DNA of 39,854 nt from Pelomyxa schiedti (GCA_020536535.1 JAHLWZ010000943.1:1-39854), one strand, 5' to 3'; positions 1-12,865 are shown, counted from the stretch's first letter. Translations and numbers: made by a program. Notes: generated from the sequence alone by a model not told the origin.

Positions 1-547
1 CCCTTCTTGCTTTGATGATCATTCTCAATTTGAACAAGTTGCTCCTTCTTCGCATGGAATACCCAGCAGAATACAGAAGAATCTTGTTGACAGAGTTACA
101 TGACATTATCTATTTGTTGGCATTGCCGTCCTTCCCTCTTGGAAGACCCGGTAACTTAACACTCTCATTTCAAATACATACCTCCACATCACATACAACA
201 ACAGGGTACTTCTTCCCCACCAAAACAAGTCCAGAAGTTATCTCACTGTGGAACCAACTTCTCCTGAAAGGAAAGCTTAGTAGACGTTGGATTTGTTGAA
301 CCAAGGGAGTAAAGAACTGTGTGCTGATGTTTTAGGCTACAGCTACCCCCAGGACCAAACAGCCACAGCTCTACACTACTGGTACCAGTGCTGGTGCACG
401 TGGGTTCAGTCCTGGTATATGTTCTCAAGCGAACAATGCCCCCCTAACACCCAATGCTCAGAATGCTCACAGTTGCTGCTGGGCCACGGCAGCCCTTTGA
501 TAATGCAAATTACTGCTCGGCTTGCTGTTTTGTTCCAGCAGGAATAA
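1..547 (+). CDS. 3' end of an unidentified multi-exon gene (5'-truncated by the window edge)
   Basis: Open frames can be joined by two short GT-AG introns (gtaact...aacag; gtagac...tttag), giving ...LPSFPLGRP/GYFFPTKTSPEVISLWNQLL.../SYPQDQTATALHYWYQCWCTW...LFQQE*. No family recognised. Confidence 0.4.
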
Positions 548-1306
548 CAGTGACACTAACCCACAGCACAATCATGTAGAGGTACAAAAATAAGAGGGAT
601 TTCTTTCTTAGTTGCAATTTTTACAAAGTAGTATCATGTGACACAAAAGCACAAGTTTGATGGGGCGTTAGTTTTCGCTGAGTTCGAGGGCTCTAAGTTA
701 GCGAACTCTGAGTGTTGATAGAGCGGAGTGCTTGAACCCCTTTTGGGAGGAATGCGAGCGAAAAGCGAGTAAAAAAGACCGAGAACGGGTCCGGGATTTA
801 TTTTTAGATTTTTCAAAACAACAACGAAATGAACAGAATTGTGTGGCTTCGAAGCCTTGTTTCGCGCAGTTGGTTTTCCATATTTTTCCTTCATTTTTTT
901 TTCAACAGCACACGCACCCTGCAACGCTCCCCCAGTTACACACGTATCCAGTGCCTTACGCTGCTTACCCACATTTGTCTGTTTTGGATCGTTTGCGGAG
1001 TCTACACGTTGGTTGAAATTCTTGCATCTGAATGTCGATTTACATCACGCGAAATGCCTGCAGACCACAACAACATTGTCGTACATTTACCGTCACCGAT
1101 GTTTGTGGAATTATGGCTCCAATACGGTGACCTGTCACATGAGACCAGTCCGAGAACTGTCCTGTGCACGTCACATCCTTGAGCCGAACTTTTTGGAGAT
1201 CTGAATTTCCATGTTCTAAACGTGCAGTTGCTGTTTTCTGTGACCGCCTCGGAGCCAAAAAAAAAACAAAACCCCGCAAACAAACAAAAAATAAAAAACC
1301 AAGCCG

Positions 1307-1384
1307 AAAACGCGACACCGACACCAAAAACGCGACACCAAAACCGCAACACCTAAAACACAAAAACGCAACACCTCCAACACC
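1307..1384. repeat. Degenerate tandem repeat, 4 copies of AAAACGC(G/A)ACACC plus a partial copy
   Basis: Copies at about 1307, 1327, 1341 (aaaccgcaacacc) and 1363, read directly from the sequence. Confidence 0.7.
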
Positions 1385-1509
1385 ACGCTAACCATGGCGC
1401 TGATGCTATAGAGGTTTTCGTTATAACAAGGTTGAAAAAGTCACTTTTTTTTTTTCCATACACCTGTTTTTTTTAAGTTCGGTGGTTACGTTTTACCCGT
1501 TTTACTAGT

Positions 1510-2113
1510 GGTGTTGTGCGTCACCGCATCTTTTCGCTTACTCTGGTTGTTAGAGAATTCGTGGGTGATGGATATGGCTGGTGTCACAGCCTATCTTCAG
1601 TTCTCGGAATCAGGCCGCGAGAGTTCGTTGTTGTTTGCTGCCAGCTGGCTGCAGGTAAACAACTTCTTAATACACTTTACATACACTTACTCGTACACAG
1701 CGCTGCCGCCGCGAGTGACTGTGGAGTTCGAGAGTTCTTCGTACGGTGTTGGGTATTTTACTGTAAGAAACAGACAAACAGTGTTTTTTCAAAAAACTTT
1801 TTTTCTTTGGTTTGTTTCAGTTTAGGGGTAGTTGTCGATTACCGGGAAAAATACGGTAATATCCTTTTCATTTCCGGATTTCTGTACCTGAGATCGACTT
1901 GGCAATGGAGAATCCTGATGCCGCGGTGTTATGGCACCATTTTGTGGCACAGGCACGATCGGATATTGACTGGAACGCCCACAAAGCTACTCTATGTGGT
2001 TTGTACTCTCGTTAAGTCTTTTAACTTCGAACCAACTATGAGTAGTAGATAATAGTGTTATCCTACGCGGTGTCAATGAGTTACTGGCCTCACCCCTCAT
2101 TCAGATCTCGTAA
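1510..2113 (+). CDS. Hypothetical spliced small protein; start codon unresolved
   Basis: Four consecutive GT-AG introns join in consistent phase to give ...GYGWCHSLSSVLGIRPREFVVVCCQLAAALPPRVTVEFESSSY.LGVVVDYREKYENPDAAVLWHHFVAQARSDIDWNAHKATLCDNSVILRGVNELLASPLIQIS*. No homolog recognised. Confidence 0.35.
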
Positions 2114-2357
2114 TGGTCGTCATCAACCTCATCATAGGACCATCACTGACATTACTCCTGCTTCCGTACATCCCTCTCCACAAATAGTTTTTCAAGCCCG
2201 AAAAAAAAAAGTCACATAGCAACAACTGATGCCTTGGTTGAAATTTTTACAACCACCACCCATCATTTCATTGCCAGTTAATTGTGAACTTCGCACTGAC
2301 TGGGATTTTGACAAAGAACAAAACTGGTGCAGATGGAATGGTGATGGTTATGCTGTG

Positions 2358-3834
2358 TTATCTGGGACTATCTCCGTGGTGCTTGATGAAGTCATTTTTG
2401 GACGATTTGTAAGCTTCACATTTAGACTTGGATCTCCCACATTGTTGCCGCTTTAGGAAGAAAATCAGAATGGGAGAGGTATTGAATGGTATTGCTCCTA
2501 CCATGTACTCAAGCCACTGTGTTTCAACAGAAACTTCGATTTGAGTCTTTTGCTCAACAGTGTATTTGTCCCAGGACTCATTCGCAAAGAAGTCAATGTG
2601 TAGTGCGGGAGATGTGTGCCTGATTGGATAGGAGGTAGATTGCTTCACATAAAATAAGAAAAAGTGAGTAGGAAGAAAGCAGGGGGATAGTGGAGGCCTA
2701 CCTCAAAACTGTAGGGAGCTTGGTTACGAGAACCAAACATCCCAAATAGAACAAATAAGCCCATTGCCACAACAAGAAACACAAGGAACTGTGAGTTTCC
2801 TTGAGGAGGAGGGGGTTCTCTGTGCCTACTGGCGTAGAAGCGGTAAGTTCTCTGCACTATACAGAGTTAGTTTGTGATTCAAGGAGAACACTTTTACCAG
2901 AAGGATTTAAGTCAGCAAAAAAGGCCCGGAAGATTTCATCGGGGTCTATCTCTTCTGAGAAACCACCAAATGGATGCGAGTGAGCAGGTTGTGCATCAGG
3001 GTCCACTCCATTTATGTCATACGAGTCTCGCTTCACGGGATTTGAAAGGCAAGCGAAGGCCTGTGCAAGAACTGAAGCAATGTTATGAAATTTCAGTTTG
3101 GATGACGTTTTACTTTTAAAGGCTTCTTCAGATTTTGGTGCTTTGTTCTTATCGGGATGCATTTTCAAAGCAAGCTGAAAATAAGTTAAAAAAAATTCGA
3201 ATCTGAAAGTGGAAGTGAGGACAACCTTTCTATAAGCTCGCTTTATTTCGGCAGCATCAGCTTCCCGGTGCACTCTTAAAATGCTGTAAAAATCACCTTT
3301 TGAGGCCAATATCCGCTTAACTTCTTCCGCCTGTTCTTCAGTATAAGAAGTTCGTAAACTGATTGCAACATGTTGATTTTTGTTTGTTTGAGGTTTATTT
3401 TTTTTCAAAAAAAAAAAAAAAAAAAAGTGAAGATAATAGAAGTTCATAAAGAAAGTATACATACGACAATGATTTAAAAACAAAAAAACCACAGAGAGAC
3501 GGGGAGATATACATTACTATTAAAGTGTTTTTAAAAAAAAAACCCCATACTTGTCATCACCAGTACCCTCTGAAGTGGCCCCGGCGCTGGTACTAGTGGT
3601 GTTGGTGGTGGTCGTTTCTCCTTGCTTTTGTTGTTGTTGTTGCTGCTGCTGCTGCTGTTTTTCCTCGTGGACCTGCTGCTGTTGTAGCTTGTCCAGCAGC
3701 GCCTTGGCCCTCTCCGTCGGGTACAACGAGATGCTCTTGGTAAGGAACCTGCAGCCCTTCTCCGTGTCCCCTCGTTGTATTGCCTGCAGCGCAACTTCAA
3801 CGCACCGCTCCGCCTCCCCCTTGTTGCACTCCAT
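2358..3834 (-). CDS. DNAJB12: ER membrane J-domain co-chaperone, DNAJB12/DNAJB14 type (J domain + TM + DUF1977-like C-terminus)
   Basis: N-terminus MECNKGEAERCVEVALQAIQRGD..FLTKSISLYPT matches DNAJB12/14. J domain DFYSILRV...IKRAYRKLALKMHPDKNKAPKSEEAFK contains HPD; followed by IDPDEIFRAFF and a TM segment. Six GT-AG introns join in frame. Confidence 0.93.
3628..3657. repeat. (CAG)n(CAA)n microsatellite encoding poly-Gln in the DNAJ gene
   Basis: ttgttgttgttgttgctgctgctgctgctg on the + strand. Confidence 0.85.
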
Positions 3835-4045
3835 GATTCTACGCGCGTGTTGGCGACGGAGTTCGGCTTGATGTTTGATTGATGTGTATGTTTAGACTTC
3901 GCTTTTCGCTTATTGGAAAAAAAAAATTAACTGAGACACTGGTTTGGTGACTAGGCCTGTGGTGCCGCTGGAAAGAGGATTTGGTTGAATGCGTGATACA
4001 AAGTTAAGGAAAAAATATTTTCTTCAAGATAGATGTGGGGTGTGA

Positions 4046-5610
4046 CTATGAGTTGGATGATGAGGGTGGTGAGATGTCTACATCAAAGAAATACAACTGG
4101 AGAAACGGGATTAGACTACCGCGAAAGAAAAGGCAAAGGGAATGAAGGGGCTTTGTGAACCTTGAAAGTGAGACCAAGTGCAAGTTGCAAAAGCCCTACC
4201 ACAACGAGTGTTGGTATACCTTTCTTCTTGTCAATTTTCCTGTGATTGATCAGCGGAAAATAAATGGATTTGGTGAAGTACAATAATGGTGGCATCAAGC
4301 TCCAAACTAAAACAAACGCAGACCAACCAGTGGCAGCCATTACCAAGCACCACTGTGCTGCATTGTTTGGAATAAGGCACATTACCTATTTCAACAGTTA
4401 GGCAGAGCCACAGAGTAAAGTCAAGTAAGGCTACCGTTGCAACAGAGAAAGATACCATAGTATAGCCATATACACAATTGCACGCTACAAGTCCAAGAGG
4501 AACTTTGAATATTTTGAGTACAATCCAGAGAACTATTGAGCAGCCATAGACATAAATGTACACAGCACCAGCAGCAAAACTCAACTTTTGGGGTCGAGTA
4601 AGAAAAAATAACATCAGGAATGCTTACTTTAACAAAATCGTATTCCCACTCATCTTTCATGTCAGCTTGCATGTACTCAAAGTAGCTAGCAAAATTACTA
4701 ATTGATGCAAGCAAAAACAGAACTGTCGAGGAGACCCAAAACGGTCCATAAGCATCAGGGTTCTTCCCGATTCGATCAAAGAAGTTCCTGGGGAAAGGGA
4801 ATACACCCCACAGGATGCGCAGCAGAACCTACTAAGCATAAGCCAGGAAAAATGTGAGGTGCTAAGCAGGTACATCATTGGTGGAAACATTGAAGTAAGG
4901 CCGGTAGTATGAGGGTTTGTAGAAGTGGTGGCACTTTCGCTCCTCAGTGGGCTCTGGTTCTGGTGCTGGTTCTGTTGCTATGCCTGTGATAAACCCGGCA
5001 TTTTGACTGTCACCACCAGGAGGAGCAGCATAAGCAGAGTAATCAGTAGCGGGCTGGAAATTGCCAAAGTCTGGATCTGCACAAATAAGTTGAGCATCAA
5101 ATAGCCAAAAACAGAACATACTAGCGAATGTTAGGGAAGGTGCCGCTGTGGAAGCTTGAGTCATAACGGGCTGTGTTGGTGGTGAAACCATTTCCTGGGG
5201 TGGGGGAGCCGCGGCTGGAATTTCCGGTTGATTATATGCTGTCCCAAACACCTCTGCGGCATTAAACTGTAATATAAAGTTGTTAGCGGGCCCAAGTGCA
5301 CAACAACACATTAGACATATTTTAAAAATGGTTAAATACATGTCCACATAACCCAGTGACAAACCAACCAAAACAACAAAAAATAAAATAAAATACAGAA
5401 AAAGTGCAAAAAAAAGGGGTAGAGTCGTGATTGACATGAAGACATCAAGAGGCATTTTACACTCACAGCGGCTTTATCAGTAGTATTCTCAACAGGCTGT
5501 GACGGAGCAACAGTCACAGACGGCGTCGTGAGTGGCGTCGTCTGAGGTTGTTCTGGTGCCGAGGCCGAGAAGGGGTTCTCATATTCGAAAAATGGGTTGG
5601 TGCCAGACAT
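4046..5610 (-). CDS. YIPF1: Yip1-domain Golgi membrane protein, YIPF1/YIPF2 type
   Basis: Motifs FYKPSYYRPYFNVSTNDVLLRI, NPDAYGPFWVSSTVLF, CVYGYTM and GLTFKLYFF; five hydrophobic segments; canonical introns restore one frame. Confidence 0.9.
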
Positions 5611-5936
5611 CGTTATGCAATCGTATCGAAATCAGATCTACGACAACGACTATAGCTATAGTCCTTCACACTTGTCTCTTTGGGTGTTGGTGTCGCCGAC
5701 TACCTTGATGTCGATGAAGTCTGTTTTTTCTTTTTTTTCTCTGGGTTTTTTTGGGAAGCCAGAAGACGTCTCAGTTCGAGTCTAATTTTGGGTGTTTGGG
5801 GTGTGGTTGGGTGCAATGCCGAGGTGGGGACCCTGCAACTCCCCCCAATTATGGGATCCCGCACTCCTTCCTCGCCAGCGCCTGGCCTCCACCCACAATC
5901 ACACATCAACAAAGTTAAATTGAACACTAAGAAACC

Positions 5937-6599
5937 ATGGGCGTGAGCACGAGTGACTTGATGCGGGACAAGATGAAGCAGCAGCAACAGCAGCGCTCGG
6001 CGCGCGGCAAGGCCGCGGCGTCCCGCAGCCGCGCAGACGACGACGACTACGAGGACCAGCAGCAGGAGGGCGCCGCGTCCTCCTCCTCGCCCGACGACGC
6101 GCCGTCGACGTACCGCAGGTGGATGGCGCTGCGCAGCGACGGCACGGCGATGTTCTACACGCGGGCGGCGGCGCGGGCGGCGATGCGCGTGCAGCCGTCC
6201 GAGAACACGCGCAGCTTCATGGGCTTCCAGGCCTTCCTGTGGGGCGGCTACGTCGGCTACAGCGCGAGCGCGGCGGCGGTCCAGGCCATGTGGCAGCGCG
6301 CGTGGGTGTCGCAGCCAAAGGCGATGGCGCTGGGCTTCCCCGTGATCGGCGTCAGCATGCTGCTGTGCGCGGGCGCCGGCGAGGCCCTCGCGACCCCGTG
6401 CGTGTGCGCCGGCCTGCGCGCCAGCGCCGCCACCATGTGGGCGCTCAGGGGCCTCACGCGAGACCTGGCGGAGGCGAGGGTGCGCGCCCGCGCGAGGAGG
6501 CTGCGGCTGCAGCGCAAGGAGCTGAAGGAGAAAAGGAGAAGGCAGGAGCAGGGGCAAGAGGGGGGAGAGGAGCAGCAGCAGGTGGCAAAGAGACAGTAA
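5937..6599 (+). CDS. Hypothetical intronless GC-rich protein with 2-3 Gly/Ala-rich hydrophobic segments and a basic coiled-coil C-terminus
   Basis: 220-aa ORF with strong GC3 bias, ATG in an A-rich context (aaaccATGg) and AT-rich flanks. No family recognised. Confidence 0.7.
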   Translation: MGVSTSDLMRDKMKQQQQQRSARGKAAASRSRADDDDYEDQQQEGAASSSSPDDAPSTYRRWMALRSDGTAMFYTRAAARAAMRVQPSENTRSFMGFQAFLWGGYVGYSASAAAVQAMWQRAWVSQPKAMALGFPVIGVSMLLCAGAGEALATPCVCAGLRASAATMWALRGLTRDLAEARVRARARRLRLQRKELKEKRRRQEQGQEGGEEQQQVAKRQ

Positions 6600-6808
6600 C
6601 CAAAACAAAAGGGGGGCGGGGGTTCTGCTGCACCAACAATTCCTATTTCCCTCAGTGTGCATTTCTTGGTCCTCTTTGGGCAGGACGAGTTCTCTTGGGA
6701 TTTGTATGCAAAGCAAAAGTGGACTCTCCACCCGGGAACAAAGCCAAAAGTTTATGAAATGTGTTAGGGTAATCCCCTTTTGCAAAACTGGTTTTCTCTT
6801 TTTGTGTT

Positions 6809-9519
6809 TTAGAAGTTACGGAGACATTTGTTAACGATTATGTCCCTCAGAATCCCGCGCATTTCGTCAGAGTCTGTTTCAATATGGGTTTCCGTCATTG
6901 AAATGGTCACAGATGTGCCGCAATCACATTCGTCTGCCCCACCTTCAGATATTACAATTCGAAACCCACCAGAATCAGTGCGAGTTACGGAGCAGCACAA
7001 AATTCCTTGCTGTAAAGGAATAAGCTTAGTGAGCTACAAAAAGAAGAGTGTATTCACCTCGGCAAGTGCACCAACAAATGTTGATAGAAGAGGTGAACCC
7101 CAAAGGTATTGCCGGGGGCTTTCAGATAGTGCTCTCATGTCTTGAAGTGTTGGATTGTTTAACGTGAGTCTGTGTTTGGTTATATTATTCACCAGGATTT
7201 TCCCCCAAGATGATATACCTGTCTCCATTTTTTGAAATGGCAAAACACGTTGTTCTAACTTGTACATCTTCAACCCCAGTAGTTTCTGTTGTTTGACTTA
7301 AAGCCTGGATGAGCTGCACAAAGAAAATCAGCAGGAAACGTAGTTAGGATACCAACCTCAGAATCTGTAATGACTGCCGGAATGCCACAGGCCTTGGTGA
7401 TGGATATTTTAATAAAAGGCGGATTATCGCCAGTGGTGGGAATCGCCATTACAGGTCCTGAAGCATTGGCTGTAGCACTCCTTGCAAAGAGTTAAAGGGT
7501 TTATTGCCAGCCATAATGTAGTATACCAGGGATTGGCGGCGGAGAATAGGCATTGCTTGTGTACTAGTACGTGATGTGGGCGAATTGAATCAACGAGACT
7601 TTTCAATTGAGCCTGAGAAAGGCGTGCATCAACGACGCATTGCCGAACTTGGCAAGAAAGAGGGTACTCCTGTGAACTGATAACCTGACCGACTGGTCCA
7701 AAATGTGAGTCTAGGAAGGGAATTAGTCCAATGTATCCTTTTCTCAAAGGAGAAATACCAATAAATAGTACAATATTTCTTGGATTCGTCCCCCACAGTT
7801 TAAGAAACGTTGTTACATCTCCTGACAGACATGATGGGTGGCCAGTAAATACTACACTTGGCTCCTAAGACAACTGCTTAACTAGTTTTCACAAATATTT
7901 CCTGTACATGCTTTGAAGCAAGATGCAAAGCTCCTTCTAGGAAGTCTTGCTGGTGTGCTGTTACCTATTGCTGTGGGAAAAGTGGATAGTGTCCCACGTG
8001 ACTGTAAATTGAGATGCACGAATGGTGAATTTGGAATGTAGGCAATTTCTTGTTTTTCTGGACACAACCTTTGTTTTCATTTAATGTAGTATGATTACGT
8101 TGAAAGACGTACCATTCAGCACATATGCATGTGTATGAAAGGTGTTCATGTGCCATTGGTGATATAAGGAAAGAGCTGGCTTTAATGGGCTCCATCATAT
8201 CCAGTAAATCGAAGATGATACCAGTGGATAGGCATGGAACAAGCACGTTTCCTCCTTTAGCAACTGTGCCAGCTTTGTAAAAGATCGAAATATTAGTCGG
8301 GCAGGCTTGGGGGCAGTCACATTTAACCTGTAATAGCCGCAAAATCTTGGCGAGCTTTCATAAATGTAACTGCTCCAGGGACAGGAAGAGTGGAAATGAT
8401 TGCTACATCCGCATCTTTTAGTGGTGGTATGTCAATTAAGCTTGGGTGATGCCTTTCCAAAGAACTGTCAGATATATAAACTATCTTATCCAAAATCGTT
8501 AGGTCACAAGAAATGGGGCTTTTCACTGCACTTTTTGACCAAAAGTCTGCATGACCCAATTAGCACTGCCCAAGTAACTTCCAGAACTGACAGCTTGAAG
8601 TGTAAGTCGTCCAACTTCCTACTATTACGTAAGAGATTGTTTGCTACTCATCCATAGTGGGAGAAAAACAAAGTATCTATCAGTGTACAAAAAAGAATCT
8701 CACATTTCACTAGACCACAAAAACAGGTGGTAAGATCACCAAGATTTCATGGTAGCTGACCGCAGTAATCTTACTTATGCATGATTCAATGTCTTGCACA
8801 GTGTATTGTGGGAAACCAGAATGTAGTTTCTTTCTTGAAACAGTTTGATCAAGCAAAGACTATTGCATACCTACCTGGAACCCTGAAGTGCCGCAGTAGG
8901 CTTAGAACCACTGACCCCAAAGTATTGTTGATATTCCAGGAGTACAAGTCTAGACGAAGTCAGAGAGAAACAAACAATATTGTCCCACCGTCCTATTGCT
9001 ACTGTAGGAGTTGTGGCGTATATTTTTCTTCTGAATCCTTTGTACTCAGTTAACAATGGAAGGGCCCTTTTTGTATTAAATGAGAAATACTGAGACATAA
9101 AAAAACAATTGATGCTATCAACATAGGTTCTTACACACATCATGTGGTAATGATTCGAGATCAAAACTGCATCTATTCTCTCCAAGTCAAAATCATTCCA
9201 CGAGGGTGTGCCAAACGTAGTCCCGTCTGTAGCAAAACTAAGTGCACTCATTCTGGCACCACATAAACTTCTATTCGGGGCACTAGCTGCCTCTCTACGT
9301 AACTTCACTCTAAGATACACACCAAACGACAACCCGCAATCCAGCATGATGCAAGCACCACCAAAGCACGCCACCATGCAGTTGCAGGCCACACCAGCCC
9401 CACTCATTGCCGCAGACGTACCAGTCTTGACCCCACCGCCTCCCAAGTTCACCTGCCCATTGTGCCGCGTTAATTATTAGGTTTTATGTCTTTACTTTGT
9501 AACGCACCACTCGTAGCAT
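6809..9519 (-). CDS. INTS9: Integrator complex subunit 9 (inactive MBL/beta-CASP)
   Basis: IMLDCGL, IDAVLISNHYHMMALPLLTEYKGFRRKIYATTPTVAIGR, SSGSYLGSANW, GGNVLVPCLSTGIIFDLL, VVFTGHPSC and a C-terminal LRDIIVNKCLRNF. A 4-codon first exon (MLRV) starts at 9519. Confidence 0.93.
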
Positions 9520-9601
9520 GATGACAGGGGTTTAATTTGTCGCAAATTACAGGAAGAAGGCGAAATGGAATAGAAATAGAAATTATAGGTACTGTTACTG
9601 G

Positions 9602-11454
9602 TTAAAAAAGTGGCCTTCTTTCGTGGCCGATCTTTTTGGTGAGGACAACACAGGCACATACAGACAATCCAACACAAACCAACAGGGCAATAGTCATACC
9701 CCACCCGGGCGAGGAATTACCCTTAACGGCGGGTACCTGAGGGAAAATAAGCTAGATTTTGGTTGTGGGTTACGGCTACCTTTTGGGCTTCCTGCTGTAT
9801 CTGTTTGAGTACTGATGTTAAGTCTTTAGCTCCAAAATCTTTAGTGTTGGCAAGGTTTTGGAGGCCCTATTACAAAATGAGAAACTAATTTATGGGAACT
9901 TCGGGTTTTCCATGCCTTCATAGAAACTGCGAGAGAATCTGGAATTGCTGTTGGGGCAACACCACCAGAGGTAGTTTTAGGAATGTCTTTTAGGCCATTT
10001 ACAACCTCTGTCAGTGACTTTACTGTTACACTGTACCATAATCAGAACGCGGAGAAAAAGGGGATATAATACGCAGAGCGCTCAGTGATGGTATTTAGTG
10101 TTGATATGCCGTTATCTATATCGTCATGTACGCGGTCTTTAATTCTTTCTATGTCGGCAGCCACAAATCTATCCAACTGTGGCTTGGGGGGTGGCGTCTT
10201 TTGCCTGAGATCACGAATAATTACGTCGTACACGTCATGGTTATCTATTGAAAGTGTTGACATTTCCTTCAAGTGTTGTGCACAAACCAGCCAAATCCCC
10301 AGTGGCAGCGCTGAATCCAAAATAGCCACCCGTTGGAAGATCAATACTCGGGGCAGTGAAGCAAGTCTGCCACTCATCCAAATTATACAACTTGTACTTA
10401 ACCTTCCAGCTGTTAATACAATAGGGGGACCTCACACTGGGAATAACTCACAGAGAGGGTTCGTGCTTGATATGTAACTAACATAATGCTGGGGGTTGCC
10501 AAGTTGCGCATGTGTACAGTGCAACCATTAACTTCTCCAACCCGCCTGACAACGGTACCTCCGCGAGTGTGATCACTACCCAAACTAAGTCAAAATCATA
10601 ATTGAGGCATAATACATATGGTTGTGGTCTGACTCGGAAAATTTGTAGGTGCCATCATTCTTGTTTTTTGAGTAAAAGTTTTAGTGTATTTTTTTTGTTT
10701 TTTGGAGAAGGCATACTAGTAATGCAAAAACCCAAGGGTGAATGCCCTATAAAGTGTTAAAACCTGTGGAATCTGTTGCAGAAAAATAGTACCTTAGCAT
10801 CATTATCGTAGGTATCAACTATAATTCCAAGACCATTAAATAATTCTGTGTTACCAAAGAGCGAACCTGAGCAGGGTCAACAAAAAGAAAAAAGATAAAT
10901 GAAAAAGTCTACCCATGGGTGTGTCTGAGCTCCTCTGAGTGAGGTACCAAAACGCCATTCCATCAGCGCCAATTCTACTGACGCCATGAATTTTAAACTG
11001 GTACTCCACTTCCCAGTCAGGGGATGTATTTGGCTTTGAATTTTGTTAAGAGCTAAGTTAAATTCAGAAGCTATACAATTTGACTCCAAAATCCTCCCTT
11101 TTTTGCTTGTCTGTCAGGTGCAAGTCGTACCCATCTCTTTATGTACGGTCACTTAATAACAAAACAGTCACACTTCACACCTCAAACATCGATGCATCAC
11201 CCGTCACTTTCCAGTTGCCCAAGTTGAACCTAATAGAGTTAAAAACGGGAAAAAAAAACCCCTCCAGACCCAACAAACTTACGAGTGCAACGAATGGTTG
11301 GTCTCTTTGGAGTCTGTTTGTTTTTTTGAGGAAAAAAAAAAAAAAAAAAGGGTAAACAAAAAGTAGCACGCAACATTACAAGCAGAGACGTACCAACACC
11401 GATGATCAGACAAACAACGGCCACGAGGGCTACACCCCACTCCCACCCTGTCAT
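9602..11454 (-). CDS. L-type (legume-like) lectin cargo receptor, ERGIC-53/VIP36 family
   Basis: Signal peptide; WKVTGDA, VRLAPD, WEVEYQFKIHG, GADGMAFWY, FNGLGIIVDTYDND, GYFGFSAATGDLADNHDV; C-terminal TM and short tail KKIGHERRPLF. Confidence 0.9.
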
Positions 11455-11733
11455 TGTGCGTTGCTTTTTTATTGTGAAAAATAAAATCGCGGATGTCGTG
11501 ACACCTCACCACCCCGAGAGATCTCCAAAAAAGAAAAAAAAAAAGTCAAGGAAAAGATGGAAGATTAAAGAGGGAGACTTTTGTCTGATCGCCCCAAATC
11601 TTTTCTTTGGGGTTTGCTTGTTTTTTGGTTTTGTTGTTTGTGTGGTATGATAGAGTGTGGAGCAAAACTGTATAAGGCTGTTTTGGTTTATGTGAAAATC
11701 CATGTTTGGTTGGGTGGGGAAAAGGGAAGGAGT

Positions 11734-12702
11734 TTATGAGGAATTGGTCATTTGAACATAGCCACCTTGTCTCTGTGGTTTGACTGTGAACCAGACAGCA
11801 TAGAAAAATACAACAAGAGCTACACCAATAACATAGAAGGCACAAGTAATCTTTATGATGTTGTTGGTTTGGTTGTCCTGCACCAGTGTTAAATAAATTG
11901 GAAAGGGAATAACCGGAAAAATTACCCCATATGTGCAAGTTGCATAGCCATATGTGTTATAAACAGTGTCATAACCACACGCGTTTGTGATGAATGATGT
12001 CTCCAGGGGGCAGTGGTCACAAGTGGCATTGTCTTGTGTGCTCTGGCAATTGTAAATGTATCCAGTACTTCCCTCACAATAAGCAGTAAAGGCTCCTGGG
12101 AAGCACCCAGCCTTCAGCCAGAGATACTCGACTGTACCAGTTAATATCCAGGGATTACAATGCACCCAATACAACCTTCTTGCCCGTCGGTGCACAGGCC
12201 ATCATTGTACGAGTATATCCCAATTCCATCATCCTCAGGGAATGAAGGAGGAGCGTCACTGCACACAACCAGCATGTGGCTATTATCCATCACCGATCCA
12301 CACTGTCCATCACTCACACAATCAAATCCCACAAACCCCACAATGGCAACAAGGTCTCCCGTGCACATTTCTTTTTTCATTTGTGTTGGTTTAAAAAAAA
12401 GGGAAGAAATGGGAGAGGCGGCATCAACAGTAATTTATATTTTAACCCCTATCCGCTTTCTTTGGGGGGAAAAAAAAAAAAAAAAGGAAACAGAGGAATC
12501 TGGGAACCACGAGACACACACCCTGTTTGTAAAGGTACATGATGGTCCATGGGTAGCCCGAAACAGCGACCAGACTCAGCACCGTCAGCACAGCCACGGT
12601 GCCCCACCCTCCTCGTCCTCGTGCTCCCCCCGTTTTCGTTCTGTATTCTTTTTGTACTTTCTGTACTTTCAGCGAAAGTGATCACCGTGAGGGCCTCTGC
12701 AT
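11734..12702 (-). CDS. Hypothetical Cys-rich type I membrane (surface or endolysosomal) protein
   Basis: Spliced model: MQRPSRTK...signal peptide (TVAVLTVLSLVAVSG), Cys-rich ectodomain, TM (ITCAFYVIGVALVVFFYAVWFTV) and a tail with GYVQM (YxxPhi). Confidence 0.7.
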
Positions 12703-12865
12703 CTTCTCTGAGGAAGAAAGGAAGGAAACAAGGGCTCAAAAGTGAACCAACACATCCTTTTTGAAGAAAAGGGTGTGGTTTCAAATGACATTTGGGCTTT
12801 TGAAAAGTGGAATGCAAGGCCAAATGATTTCGTCTGTCAGTTTACTGTGTGGTCTAGGCTGCTAT

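Noticed and set aside
1307-1384. CRISPR-like or telomeric array
   Set aside because: The repeats are short and degenerate with spacers under 10 nt in a eukaryotic context; there are no cas genes and no perfect telomeric unit.
1859-2036. Possible U12 AT-AC intron (ATATCCTTT donor-like motif and tcttttaac branch-like motif)
   Set aside because: Both candidate AC acceptors lead to stops within a few codons, while ordinary GT-AG introns give a continuous frame.
5700-6785. 361-aa antisense ORF and other overlapping ORFs
   Set aside because: These are shadow frames caused by the extreme GC3 bias of the + strand gene at 5937-6599; the translations are Arg/Ala/Leu-rich and non-protein-like.
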